Part shown: positions 38,961 to 51,539 of the stretch, one piece after another
Numbering within the stretch: the stretch's first letter is position 1
Layout of the letters: each line of letters starts with the position of its first letter
Source: Octopus bimaculoides
Lineage: Eukaryota
Assembly: GCF_001194135.2 (NCBI RefSeq)
Contig: NC_068990.1
Span: 17,466,795-17,530,794, forward strand
DNA length: 64,000 nucleotides
Direction: 5' to 3'
Made by a program: the position numbers and the translations under genes
The notes under the pieces: generated by a model
Told to the model about the DNA's origin: nothing
Databases searched by the model: none
What the model saw: only the letters and a program-made list of their open reading frames with translations

Positions 38961-41159
38961 TGGCTTGAACCTTTTGAGTAGTGAGTATCGGCCATCGATT
39001 AATAAATCCGACAGTAACTTCCTCCCACCCATTATTTTGATTTCTAAGGCGGACAAGCGTTGCTAAGCAGCATTTCGTCCTTTTTTATGTTCTGAATTCA
39101 AATTCCATCGAGATCGACTCTGCCTTGCATCCCATTTGAGATCGATGAAATAAGTACCAGTTGAGCTCTGGAGTTGATATAATCGGTTAGCTCCGCTTCC
39201 TCTAAATTTCGGGCCTAGTGCTTATGGCTGAAAGGATTATTTTAGAGTTTCTACAGGGTCCCCGAAACTAAGTGTTAGGAAAGAAGAAGGGTATCCTCGA
39301 AGCGAAGTCCCGACCCGAACGCTTATAACAGAGTCGACTCCGCTAAAGATACCAGAAGGTGATGTTAATCATCTGCATGCTCATAGGCTCAGGAACAGGA
39401 GATGCAAGCGCATCCCCTTTAATGTTTTTTTTCTTTTTTTATTATTATTATTCTTTTGCGGGGTGGTGGGGCCATGAAAACGCTTTGAACATCCTTCTGA
39501 AAACTTCATTGCCAAAACGAACGAACGAGCTAGAGACATTTCTGGACTGATTTGAAACATTACTTTTCCATTATTGGGTTTATCTGATTTGATTGACGTA
39601 CCATTATTATTATACTTGTGTTCATTCCGCCTTTCATCCTATCGGGGTCGATAAAGTAAGTACCACTTGACTACTGGGGTCGATCTAATCGACTAGCCCC
39701 TCCCCAAAAATATCAGGCCTTCTAGAAAAGATTATTGGGTTTATCTGATTTGATTGACGTACCATAATTATTATACCTGTGTTTATTCCACCAAGGTCGA
39801 CTTTGCCTTTCATCCTTTCGGGGTCGATAAATTAAGTACCAGTCGAGTACTGGGATCGATGTAATCGACTATCTCCCTCCACTCAATTTCAGGCCTTATG
39901 CCTATAGTAGAACGGATTATTATACCTGTGTTTGTTTTGATATTAAGATTGAAGAAATCGACTTCGTTTGTAAAAAGAATTGAACCTCTAAGCAAATTTC
40001 GTTCTCGCCCTAATATACATACTCTCTGCTTTACATGTGATACGCAGGACATATTTGCCCGGCGTCCATGCACCGTGTACGATACACATTCCTATTTGTT
40101 TTTTAAACCACCAGAGTAGCTTAGTACTTATTTAAAAGAAGGCTTTATATTACTCAGAACGTATGACAAAGTCTGAAAACAAAGATGGACGTTCAGGACA
40201 AACTTATGAAAATGCTTTGAACAGGCGAAGGGTGAAACTGAGCGATGGATTAAGCCTGCCACCTAAGTAAACCAAGGCAGGGGTTGAACTCAGAACGTGA
40301 AGAGCCAGCAACAAATACCGCGTGGCATCCGATCTGACTTTTTTACTGTCCCGCCAATCTACCATCTCTAGTTTTTCTTTATTTCATCGACAGGGGAAGA
40401 ATGAAAGCAAAATTGACCTCGGCGGCATTGAAATCTAAGCACCGACAGTCGGAACAAAAATACCACAAAACATTCTGTCCGACGCTGCTAATTCGCTTCA
40501 CTAAATTTTGTTTACAAAACTTTCCAGAAGTTAAATCGAAATCTGTTCGCATTTCCGTTAAATAGTATTTTAGAAACATTTTTCAGTCATTTAAGACAGT
40601 TGGGAGTTGTGATTTCACAGAGATTTGGCTGTTTTTTCTAGCATGTTAAGCAGTCGCATAGAGGGTCCCTCGTCGGTTCATGAAATAAGTAACCGATTAA
40701 TTTTAACTAAACTATCTGATTGTTGGTTAACGCAGTGCTTTTTAACCTTTTTTTTTCCTGCAATTAGATTCGATAACTTTTGATATAGCTTCTCAAATTT
40801 CCACTGGATATCCAATTATAAATCGTACCGAAATTTTAAATTAAATAAAATAAACAGATATAATTCATTACTGTTTAGTTAACCATTGATTTTTTTTTCT
40901 TCGTTTACAAAATTAAATAAACTTTTATAAGAAATATAGAGCACATGTTACTATTTTTGTTTTATCAAAAAAATTTTTTATGAAGTCTTAATTTTTTTTT
41001 TTCTTCAGTTCGTTGGATTTACTAACTGGAAATCTTCATCACCACTTCTCCCTAACCATCCCTCATTTCCATTTCCTCCTACACTCTTGCATCCTCTACC
41101 CACCCATTCTCCCTGTTCTCCTATCCACACTCCACTCACTTCTGTTCACCTCTTACTTG

Positions 41160-41245
41160 AGCATCCACTCTTACACTTCATTATTCTATCACTCGTTCCA
41201 CCAACACTCCCAGGTACTCTCACCCACTCTTTTATAATTTAAGTA
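41160..41245 (-). mobile_element. Possible RTE AP-endonuclease relic
   Basis: IIKEWV..SV..TSDRIMKCK resembles the RTE APE motif V.RVSDRIM.LK. Confidence 0.35.
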
Positions 41246-41599
41246 GCCATGCAGTTCCTCTTCAGCAAGAAATCTGCTCTGTTCTGGTTCCTTCTCATCT
41301 CCTAGTATAAAGCTGTTTCCTTTTCTACTGTAGCCTCACTCATTTGAAAGAGGTTTTAGTCTTATGAGCTGTATGGCAACCTCACTAGTGTTGGTGCCAC
41401 AAAAAGAGCACCCAGAGTACTTTGTAAGGTGGTTGATGTTGGGAAGGGGGTCCAGTCATAGAAACCATGTTAATGTAGACACTGGAGCACGGTGTAGTCC
41501 TCATCTCAAATTGTTCGACTTATGCCAGCATAGAAAATGGACAGAAAAAGATGATGATGATTTTAAGCCAAATATCAAGATCTTTGATGGACTCGTAAG

Positions 41600-41980
41600 T
41601 AATGGTAAAAGTCTCTCAGAGTTTCAAAGAGCACCCCTAGTCCCTCAACTGGTTGTTCAACAGAGTTTTTTACTATCTTCAGTATCATCAACTCTGACTT
41701 GGTTGTGTTTAAAACTTATCTTTACCCAAGTGATAAGTTTCTGAATTCTTGCAGGATCCATTTACATCCTGGGACCAACGTTGTCCAGATGGTAAGGTCA
41801 TCCATAAATGTTCTTAAGAGGGATTGGAATTGTACACCATACTTGGAAAAGGAGTCTTCTACTTTCCACCTCAACTGACTCAATCACCATGTTCTTGGTG
41901 AGGATAGAAGGAATAATAGGGATAGAAAACACACTCCTTTAATCCCAGAAGAAACTGATGGTCAACCTCTTTCCATTAGC
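41600..41980 (-). mobile_element. HERO/NeSL-type (R2 superclade) non-LTR retrotransposon RT fragment
   Basis: Across frameshifts: NMVIESVEVESR; SKYGV..LRTFMDDLTIWTTLVPGCKWILQ; KLITWVKISFK; EQPVEGLG. The FMDD motif is at about 41797-41808. Confidence 0.8.
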
Positions 41981-43104
41981 ACAACCTTATCATCCTTTGA
42001 TAAACAAGAGAAGATAAAAGAAAAGTGGAAATGGCAAGCTGTTGATGAGGTGGGGGTGTGCAGAGAAAGAAACAAAAAACAAAAACAAAGGAAAGGAGGC
42101 CCCACAGAAGGATAACAAAATTAAGAGGAAGGTGATTGATCCTTTAGCATTTAAACTGGTCATATTTGGCTGAAATAATCTACCAGTTTTATGTTCAAAT
42201 TGGCCAGATATGGCATCTCACTCCTCCCCTACAATGTTATTCTAAAAATATACAACCACATCATTGAAATATCTAAATTATGAGACAATACATGATTAAT
42301 TCAAAACAATGTGAATAAATAAGTATTACATTTGACTGGGTAATCTGAATGTTAAGGGTGAAGAGGTTCCATTTCCTCAGAACAATGATGTAGTTTACAC
42401 AGTGCTTTGTATAGAAAACAAATAGTAGCTGATCTATAATAATATATACAAAGCTGAACTATAATAGTATATACAAACAATATAGAACAGACTGTGAGTA
42501 AGTATGCAAAGAGAGAGGAACTTTGCTTAAAATAGTTAGCATTACAAAGAGCCAGCTGCCAACCCCAAATGAATATATTGTAGTGAGATGTACCATCCTT
42601 TTGCTAATTGTTTTAGGTGCTTATATAGTCATCAGCAAGGATGATGTCCCCTTAGCTCTTCCTTTCCCTTATATTCAGCAGCACATCCAGGATGTGACAG
42701 CTGAACAGAGAGAAAGCTGTACTAGCACTTAATTAGTAGTTTTACACTGGTTAGAATGGAACATGAAATAAAGTGCTTTGCTCAAGGACACAACATACAA
42801 ACCAGTCCAGGAATTGAACTTAGGACATTATGTTTATGAGCCAAATACCCTAACCACAAGGCCACATGCCACCAACACTTAAAATAATTCATTAACAAAT
42901 ACTATACTGAAATCACAGAGGAGATTTGCGCCCTTTCTTGCTTACTTGCTCTGACACCTGAACTACACACAGGTTCTTGTGGAACTATGGGTCATTGCTA
43001 CCTAAAAGAAGAAGGATGGAACTGTGAAGAAGACTGAAGTTGTAGGGTGCTTTGACCCAGCTAGTGAATTTTCACCTGTGTATGGGTGGGTAATCCCTAA
43101 TGTT

Positions 43105-43150
43105 TATCATCATCATCATCATCTTTTTCTTCTTCTTCTTCTTCTTCTTC

Positions 43151-43248
<98 letters not shown>
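43105..43248. repeat. Compound trinucleotide microsatellite (CAT)n-(CTT)n-(ATT)n-(ACT)n
   Basis: Seen directly. It is representative of many (TA)n, (CA)n, (TACA)n, (CT)n, (CAT)n and (AAT)n tracts in the window, e.g. 14090-14310, 20540-20800, 45690-45920, 51260-51545, 58060-58165 and 62895-63210. Confidence 0.95.
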
Positions 43249-43249
<1 letters not shown>

Positions 43250-45736
43250 AGGCAGTGAGCTGGCAGAATTGTTAGCACGCCACGCAAAATGCTTAGCAGT
43301 ATTTCACCTGTTGCTATGATCTGAGTTCAAATTCTGCCAAGGTCGACTTTGCCTTTCATCCTTTCGGGGTTGATAAATTAAGTTCCAGTGAAACAGTGGG
43401 ATCAATGCAGTCGACTAGTTCCCATCCCCAAAATTTCAGCCCTTGTGCCTTTTGTAGAAAGGATTGTTGTTGTTGTTGTTGCTGCTGCTGCTGCTGCTGC
43501 TATTGTTGTTCAAAAAGCACCCCTGGCATTTTTTTCTCTCTTTATGTTCTGAATTCAAAGGTTATCAAGGTTGACTTTGCCTTTCATCCTTTTGGGGTTG
43601 ATAAAATAAGCACCAGTTGCGTACTGAGGTCAATGTAATCAACATAACCCCTTCGCTAAAACTGCTGGCCAAATAGTTCACATAAAGTACAAGCATTTGT
43701 ATTTTAGTTCAAATTTTGTTGAATTTAACTTAAGAAATATACTGGGGAAAGTTCGGTTAATGTAGCCTTGTAAATTGATAAAATGTAGCCAGAATTTTAT
43801 TTGATACACAGTTGGTTTCCCCCTATCAACTATCATGTATTTATTGACTTATCTTTCAAATGTGTACAAGTGTAGGTGTGTGGTTAAAAAGTTCTCTTCA
43901 CATCTACATGGTTTGGGATTCAACCCCACTGTGCAATATCTTGAGAAAGTGCCTTATACTATTGTCTAGATTTAAAGCCTTGCAAGTGAAATTTGGTTGA
44001 TGGGAACAGTTTTGGGGTGACAGGCTTAGTTAATAGCTCAGTTTAACATCACCACTTAGTCCAGGTGTGTGTATAATAGGGTCCACTTTGTTTCAAGAAT
44101 CCCGGTCTCTAGCCTTAGGATAACTTGCTCCCCTTTTAGTAACCAGTCTCAAGCACCCTGATAAAGTTATGAGCACTAACTATCCTTTTATAAGACTCTC
44201 TCCACTTCTTCTCTCTCTGTCATTCATTTTCTATTTCATATCTTCAGAGTAGCTTGCTGAACTAACAGGCAACTCAGTCTGTTGCTTCAACAAAGTGATT
44301 ACTGTTACTGATAGTGAGCATTTTGATCTCCTTAACCCATTACCTCCCATAATTCTATTAAATGGAATTTTTTTATGAAACTTTGATTTCTAGCATAAAA
44401 CAGCTTTAGAAATATGCTGGAATGATCAAAATAACATTTTAAATAGAAATAAGTAAGATATTGGGTGAAAAATTAGCAAACCTCATTTGAATGTCAGAGA
44501 AATATACCTAGTAGATATAGCAAAAAGGTTAGATATGTGTAAATATTGACAGATAATTATGAAATTTGTAATTTTTAAGTGATCCCATATGAGATCACTG
44601 GTAGGTAATGGGTTAATGAGGGAAAGTGATAGAAGAGTGGATTTTTTCAGCAATATATAAATACATATCAATACATAAGATTATAACAAAATTCCTTCCC
44701 TATGTATCTCTCTAGAGTGAGTAACTCCCACTTAGTCAAGCTTACAAGATGATTTCAATTCCAAGCTGGAGCATTTTGACTGCACTTATTTCAGTAAATC
44801 ATTAAGAAAGGTCATAAACATTGCAGCATTCCTTCTCCTCCTTCCTCTTTATAGATATTGTTTAAGCCCAGGGTATTCTAGCCATAACCATCTAGCTTAT
44901 CCTAGTCTAAGACATAGTGTATCTAGGACTACACTACTCAATGTAGTTTTTTTTAAAGACAAGTCACCAAGTGTGAGACTTTGTAATCATAAAATTTATT
45001 CCAGTTCTGGTTTACACTGTGTTGTACATAAAGAGATCTGTTTTATTAGGGACCAGTTGTCAAGAGTACCGATATGCAAATTAGGCTATTCAACATGGTG
45101 GTAGTCTAATTCATGATTGCTTTTTAAAATATCAGCTGATCTATGCTACTGATTTGGGAAGGTAACTAGGTGTGTTTTCTCTAAGAAGCAGTCAATAAAC
45201 CATGAAACAGTCAATCAGGAATCTCCCTTGCTCACTTGTTTCCTGTAGCATGGAAACAATGTGTTTACATTCTTATTTAGCTTACAGTGAGGTTTCATAA
45301 TGTCTAAATTTATTTCAGTTCTTTACAAGACTGTAGAGGGTGATTTAAAGGAAATTTATTTAAAATTTTGTAATTTGTGAATAATAGTAGTATTGGTTAA
45401 GGGTTTCTAGCTGGACAAACAACCAATGGTTCACTGCCTTTCAGATGACGAGGGGCACAAATAATTGTCTGTACAGATCAAGTAGAATAAATACCATAAT
45501 GTATTATTGTTTGATGCACCAATCTGCTGGCAATTTCTTTCCATTATGCATGTATTTCACCAATGCACCCATCCATCCATACATGTATGCATCAATGCAT
45601 GCAAGCATGCATCATTCTGTCTTTCTATCTATCTCTCTATCATTCTATATATTGAGATGTCTTTCTGGCTATCTATGTATCTTCTGTCTCTCTCTGTATC
45701 CATTCATCTATCTGTCTATTCATCTATCTTTCTCTG

Positions 45737-45801
<65 letters not shown>

Positions 45802-46258
45802 CTATCCATCTGCCTGTCTGTCTGTCTGCTCATCTATCAATCTCTATCAATCTCTCTATCTGTTCATCTGTCCATGTACCTATCTGCTTATCTTTATCTC
45901 TTGCTATCTATGTATCTATCTCTATCCATCTGTCTGTGATATTGTGCTTAGTCAAAACTACTTCTTGATCAGACAAGATCACAATAGAATCATACAGAGA
46001 ATAAATACTGAGCCATAGTGACATATTGTTCCAAAACAATTGACTTAACATCAATTTGATATTGACTGGATTTTCACAAAAACAAAAATACAATAAAAAA
46101 AATAACTCAAATAAGACAAACCCCTAAATTATTCACACCAGCTCCTCCTTTATATATTCTCTATTATATAAAATAACCAGGAGCTAATGTCAACAGGAGT
46201 TTCATAGTTGACTAATAAATGTTGTCAGCACCAGTAACTTAAACAAAAATACATACAT

Positions 46259-46295
<37 letters not shown>

Positions 46296-48149
46296 CACTC
46301 ACACATATGCACAAATGTACACTCATATACACATGCCTATATGATGTGTGTGTGTGTATATTATATAGATATATATATTATATACACATGCAAATGTATA
46401 TACACATATATATGTGTGAGTGTCCGTGCATATATACACACTGACACACAGACACACATACATTTAAATCTAAATTTGCACAAACGATCATAAGTGAAAT
46501 TAAACAAATGATTTTTTAAAAGAATAAAAGGGAGGCTGTCCCCTATTGTTTCCATTAATATTGTATATTCAGGGATGTTATTATCTAAATCTCTATTCTT
46601 TTATTCTAATGGCAGAGTCCGACTTTGTATAGGGTCACCTGTCATATTAAAAGAACAGAGACCTTTATTTGTCATTATTTAGCCCCTAATGAACCCTGAT
46701 TTAGCAGACTTATGATTTTATTCCAGCCATGACTATCCTGTCTTTTCATATCTATCTCAAGGACTAATTTATTATCCAATTTGTACTTCAATTTTTAAAA
46801 CAGTAGAGTGTAATTTGAGGAAGATTTGACTGTTATGTTTAGCAGTCATTCGACCTGCTAGAAATCATCCCTGGTTGAACAGATCCAAGATTAAACAAAA
46901 TTCCAGCTATGAGCATCTTATCTTTCCATATGACTAAGGCTACCTTATTATTCAATGTGTCCTTCCTTTTTTGAAACATGAGTGTCCGATTTAAAGAATA
47001 TTTGGTTGCAATGTTTAGCCAATAAAAACATTGTGGGAGATTTTACTCTAGATATAGCTGATAAATGTCTTTCATATCATAAGTTGCCATCTTAAAAGGA
47101 GGAAGGACACACTGAATATAGTTTTAACTATCTTTCATTTGATCACCTGGGACTAAACAACCACCATTACAAAGAGAGCCCTTTCATTGGTTCATGGCAG
47201 AAACATTTGCAGATTATTGGGTTAAAGCAATGCACTCTGCAAGGTTGATGGTTGTCAGAAGCAGAGGTACCTCAGACAATACAACACTAGAATAATTTCT
47301 TCCTACCAAATCCTGAATCTAAATATGATCAGGATTGTTAATTTTACAAAGATACTGTGTCTCCTTAACCAATCATGTTTTTCACAGGAAACTAGAAATC
47401 ATTGACACCACTCTTATAACAGTAACACTTACTTTCAGCTATCATATGATGTCACAACAAGGATACACCCCCCACACATACACACACTCATACTCTGTGG
47501 GTGGGAGAGTGGCAGAATTGTTGGTGCATTGGCTTTACAGCATATCTTCTGACTCTATGTTCTGAGTTCAAATCCTATCTGGCTGGAGAAGGCAACAGGA
47601 CAGCACTCTAGTTTTCTAGTCATGGTAGCCAAAGTTCCATTAATGGTGGCAGAAAAGGGTACAGGCCCTTCCATATCATATAAAGAATGGTGGAGAAGGT
47701 TCATATGCACAGGATCTGCCCAAGAGCAGATTACCACTTGATTAAATACATATATATAAACCAGATGGCTACACCAGGCTCCAATCTGTAGAAACTCTGC
47801 CAAATCAGATTGGAGCCTGGTGTAGCCATCTGGTTTCACCAGTCCTCAGTCAAATCGTCCAACCCATGCTAGCATGGAAAGCGGACGTTAAACGATGATG
47901 ATGATGATANNNNNNNNNNNNNNNNNNNNNNNNNNNNNNNNNNNNNNNNNNNNNNNNNNNNNNNNNNNNNNNNNNNNNNNNNNNNNNNNNNNNNNNNNNN
48001 NNNNNNNNNNNNNNNNNNNNNNNNNNNNNNNNNNNNNNNNNNNNNNNNNNNNNNNNNNNNNNNNNNNNNNNNNNNNNNNNNNNNNNNNNNNNNNNNNNNN
48101 NNNNNNNNNNNNNNNNNNNNNNNNNNNNNNTATATATATATATATATAT

Positions 48150-48490
48150 GTATGTAGCTCGATTGCTAAATCTACATATTTTTTATTTCCTCTTATTCCT
48201 TTCTGTTGAAGAGCGTAGGCTCAAAACGTAAAAGACTTTCTCAGTTTCCCGAGTGTCAAACTAATACACTTGCTTGTTGTTCCCTCACCTGTCTTCATCT
48301 TTTGTTTTTCTATAAATTTCAACTATATATATAGAGAGAGAGTTCAAATTTACAGAAAACAAAAGAAAAAGACAGGTGAGGGAACAACAAGCAGGTGTAT
48401 CGTTTGCCACTTGGAAAAAATGGAAAAGTCTCTGACATTTTGAGCCTACGCTCTTCAACTGAAAGGATTGAGATGAAAAAATGGAGAGGG
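48150..48490. mobile_element. Inverted (tail-to-tail) pair of the same PLE-like element, each with a degenerate hammerhead
   Basis: The + copy 48150-48330 has its hammerhead at 48199-48234 (CTGTTGA-A-GAGC-GTAG-GCTC-AAAA-CGTA). The - copy 48340-48490 has its hammerhead at 48430-48465. The junction is a TA/GA microsatellite. Confidence 0.7.
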
Positions 48491-48962
48491 AAAAAATGTG
48501 TAGGGATTAACAGCTCAACATGATGAAATGACCGGAAGAGGCTGAGTAAAAGGGAGATAATAACAGTGACCTGGCTGAACTAGGGTGCACAAGTGTGGTG
48601 TGTGTATGTGAGAATGGTGTGTGTGAGTGTACATGTATGAATGGGAAGATCGCATGTGAATGTATGTGTGGGCGAGCTTAAAATTATGTGGGCCTGTGTG
48701 TACATGTGGGAGCGTGTGTGTGTGTATAAGTAATCTAGCGTGTGCATTTTGTGGAGTGGAGTGTTGTGTATTCTGTGTATTTGCACATGTGTTGTGACAA
48801 ACATGATAAATCAAGAGTTACCTTCCCAGCAGGCCACTATGATGGATTAAGTTCAGTTTCTGGTTGACTGTTTTCTAACTGTATTTCTGTTGAAATAATC
48901 CATCATTGTTTCAATTAGGTTTGAAAATAATGAAGAATTTTGTAAAATAGCTGTTTTCGTTA

Positions 48963-49190
48963 TTAACCCTTTCGTTACTGTATTTATTTTGAGATGCTCT
49001 GTGTTTCTTTCAATAATTTTAGATATAACAAAGAATTTAGTAAAATAACTGAGTTGTTATTCAACAAGTGTTAGGACATAAATTGTGAGTAAGGTTTTGT
49101 GGAAGATTTTAATTTGAAACTTATGAAAATGAGACATTTGTACTACAGAGCCAGAGCAGGTTTCAGCCGGGTTTGTAACTAAAGGGTTAA
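48963..49190. mobile_element. piggyBac-like MITE nested at a TTAA inside an older related MITE (about 48850-49316)
   Basis: TTAACCCTTTCGTTAC...GTAACTAAAGGGTTAA. The flanks rejoin into the family seen at about 24030-24160. Confidence 0.75.
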
Positions 49191-49626
49191 GTAGCTGTTT
49201 CAAGATAAATTAACATGACATTTTGATGGAAGGTTTTAATTTAGATCACTTTAAAATAGAAAGACATGTATCATAGAACCAGGAACAGTCTCGGGTTGGT
49301 TGGTATTAAAAAGGTTACACTAATTCCACTTCACGTACAGTGTTGGTGTTGTTTGGTTAAGGGTTGCGTATGAATATCACATTTCTCGTTTCATTCTCTC
49401 TTAAAATACATTCATGTCAGTTTTCTGTTCAAATCCTTTTATAGCGACTTCAACTTTTATGCATTCAACACAGCTTCCAGAATAGTAGTAGTAATAATAA
49501 TGGTTTCAAATTTTGACACAAGAACAGCAATTTCATGGGAGGGGATAAGTCAATTACATCTACCCCAGGGCTCAACTAGTACTTGTTTTATTGACCCTGA
49601 AAGGACAAAACCCTAACCCTAGCCCT

Positions 49627-49927
49627 AACCAATCAAGATACAGTGTTTTAAAACAGTAAAATGTCTATAATGAAAATTTGTTACATAATGTTCATTTCAA
49701 GAAATTACTGTACATTGTTAATATTTTGTATGGCTTCCCTTAGCTTGAATAATTGCTTCAATGTGACTGGGAAGAGGTGCATACAGATCCTTCACCACCT
49801 TCACAGGTATGAGATACCATTCTCTGTGGCTGAACTCCCACAACTCTTCAAGATTGCATGGATTCTTCTGACAAACTCTTCTCTTTAGTTCTGTCCACAT
49901 TTGCTCGATGATATTTAAGTCAGAGTT
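49627..49927 (-). mobile_element. Inverted copy of the same Tc1 transposase C-terminus and 3' UTR
   Basis: Reads DLNIIEQMWTELKRRVCQKNPCNLEELW..IIQAKGSHTKY*. It is a reverse-complement match to 50249-50537. Confidence 0.88.
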
Positions 49928-49929
49928 GT

Positions 49930-50772
49930 TTCACTTTTTAATAAGCGAGGATTTGTCAGAAGGCTTCTGGGAAAGCCAAACGACCCATGTTACATGACAG
50001 AAACAGTGAAGTTTGGGGGTAAGAGTCTGATGCTTTGGGGATGTATAAAAAGTGATGGTTTAAGGAAGTTGGTTAAAACTGACTGTAACTTGAATAGTGC
50101 CAAACAATTGCTGAAGGACAATTTGATGCTAGACTTGGATGAAGGTGAGATTTTTCAGCATGACAGTGCTCCATGCCACAGATCATGTGCAACACAACAG
50201 AGTCTGGTTGATGAAGGTGTTACTGTATTGAAAGATTGGCCAGCTTAGAACCCTGACTTAAATATCATCAAACAAATGTGGACAGAACTACAGAGAGGAG
50301 TTCGTCAGAATAATCCACACAATCTTGAAGAGATTGTGGGAACACAACCACAGAGAATGGTGAAGGTTGTGAAGGATTTGTATGTATCTCTTCCCAGGTG
50401 TACTGACGCAATTATTCAAGCAAAGGGACACCACACGAAATATTAACAATGTACAGTAACTTCTTGAAATGAACATTATGTAATGAATTTTCATAGTAGA
50501 TATTTTTATGTTTTAAAACACTGTATCTTGATTGGTTTATGTGAGGTGGCTGAAAACTTTTGCATGGCCATTTTTGTTTTTGGTGGTCATCTCTCATCTT
50601 TCCCTCTCAATCAGAACGCCTACTACAAAATATGATTAAGTATGGAAATGACTCCAACAGGGCTAATGTTTCATCTGTAAATAATACAATGTGAAACATC
50701 CACTTATAAGTTGGCAATTAGTAGAAATTTGCAATAGTTTCAAGTGATGAAAGACTTTTGCACAGCGCTGTA
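49930..50772 (+). mobile_element. Tc1 (DD34E) transposon remnant with right terminal inverted repeat
   Basis: Motifs: TVKFGGKSLMLWGC..FQHDSAPCH..DWPA*NPDLNII.QMW, then IQAKGHHTKY*. The TIR end ACTTTTGCACAGCGCTG|TA is at 50754-50772, with an inner direct-repeat copy AAAACTTTTGCATGGC at about 50553-50568. Confidence 0.9.
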
Positions 50773-51504
50773 TAATCAAAAGCATTCTAATTGTGAACAT
50801 CTCAACAGGCATGAAGTATCTTGGACTACATTATACAATGTGATCTTCTATATTTGAGACAATAGGATGTAGTTTTGAAGATTTTGCCATTGTATCTAGC
50901 AGGATGTATGACCATGTAAAGGCCGATGGAAATGATGGTTTTGGTAGTGGGGGGGGGGAGTGAATAGCGGATGATGGATGATAATGACTAATTTGGACTG
51001 AACTATAGACTAAACTTTATTCTTATAAAACAAGGAAGACTGGTTGGCTGGCTGGTTTGTTGGTTGGTTTGGTTCGTTGTCATGGATCTAATGGGAAAAT
51101 GACAGTAAAGGTCGATAATGGTCTTAGCAATGACCATGATGGCAGCAATGGGGACGGCGGAGCGGGGGCAACATTCACAGCAGTCCGAAAGAACTTCCAT
51201 GAGAAAAAATAAAATGATTTTTCCTTTGCCAAACAGAACCAGAGCAAAGGATGGAAATAGAAAATAATAACAATAACAATAACAACAACAACAACAACAA
51301 CAACAATAATAATAATAATAATGATAATAATAATGATGATGATGATTTATTTTATTTGCCACCAGGGCAAAAGATGAGGCAGACAATACACTACTACTAC
51401 TACTACTACTGATGATGATGATGATGATGATAATAATAATAATAACAATAATAATAATGATGATAATAATAATATGGATGATGATGATGATGACAATGAT
51501 GATG

Positions 51505-51539
<35 letters not shown>

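Noticed and set aside
41755-41791. 37-nt plus-strand exon with good AG and GTAAGG sites
   Set aside because: It is the antisense of the HERO RT FMDD region, so the splice signals are probably coincidental.
42960-43040. EGF-like peptide SCGTMGHCYLKEEGWNCEED*
   Set aside because: It has only three cysteines, a stop follows immediately, and there is no donor site.
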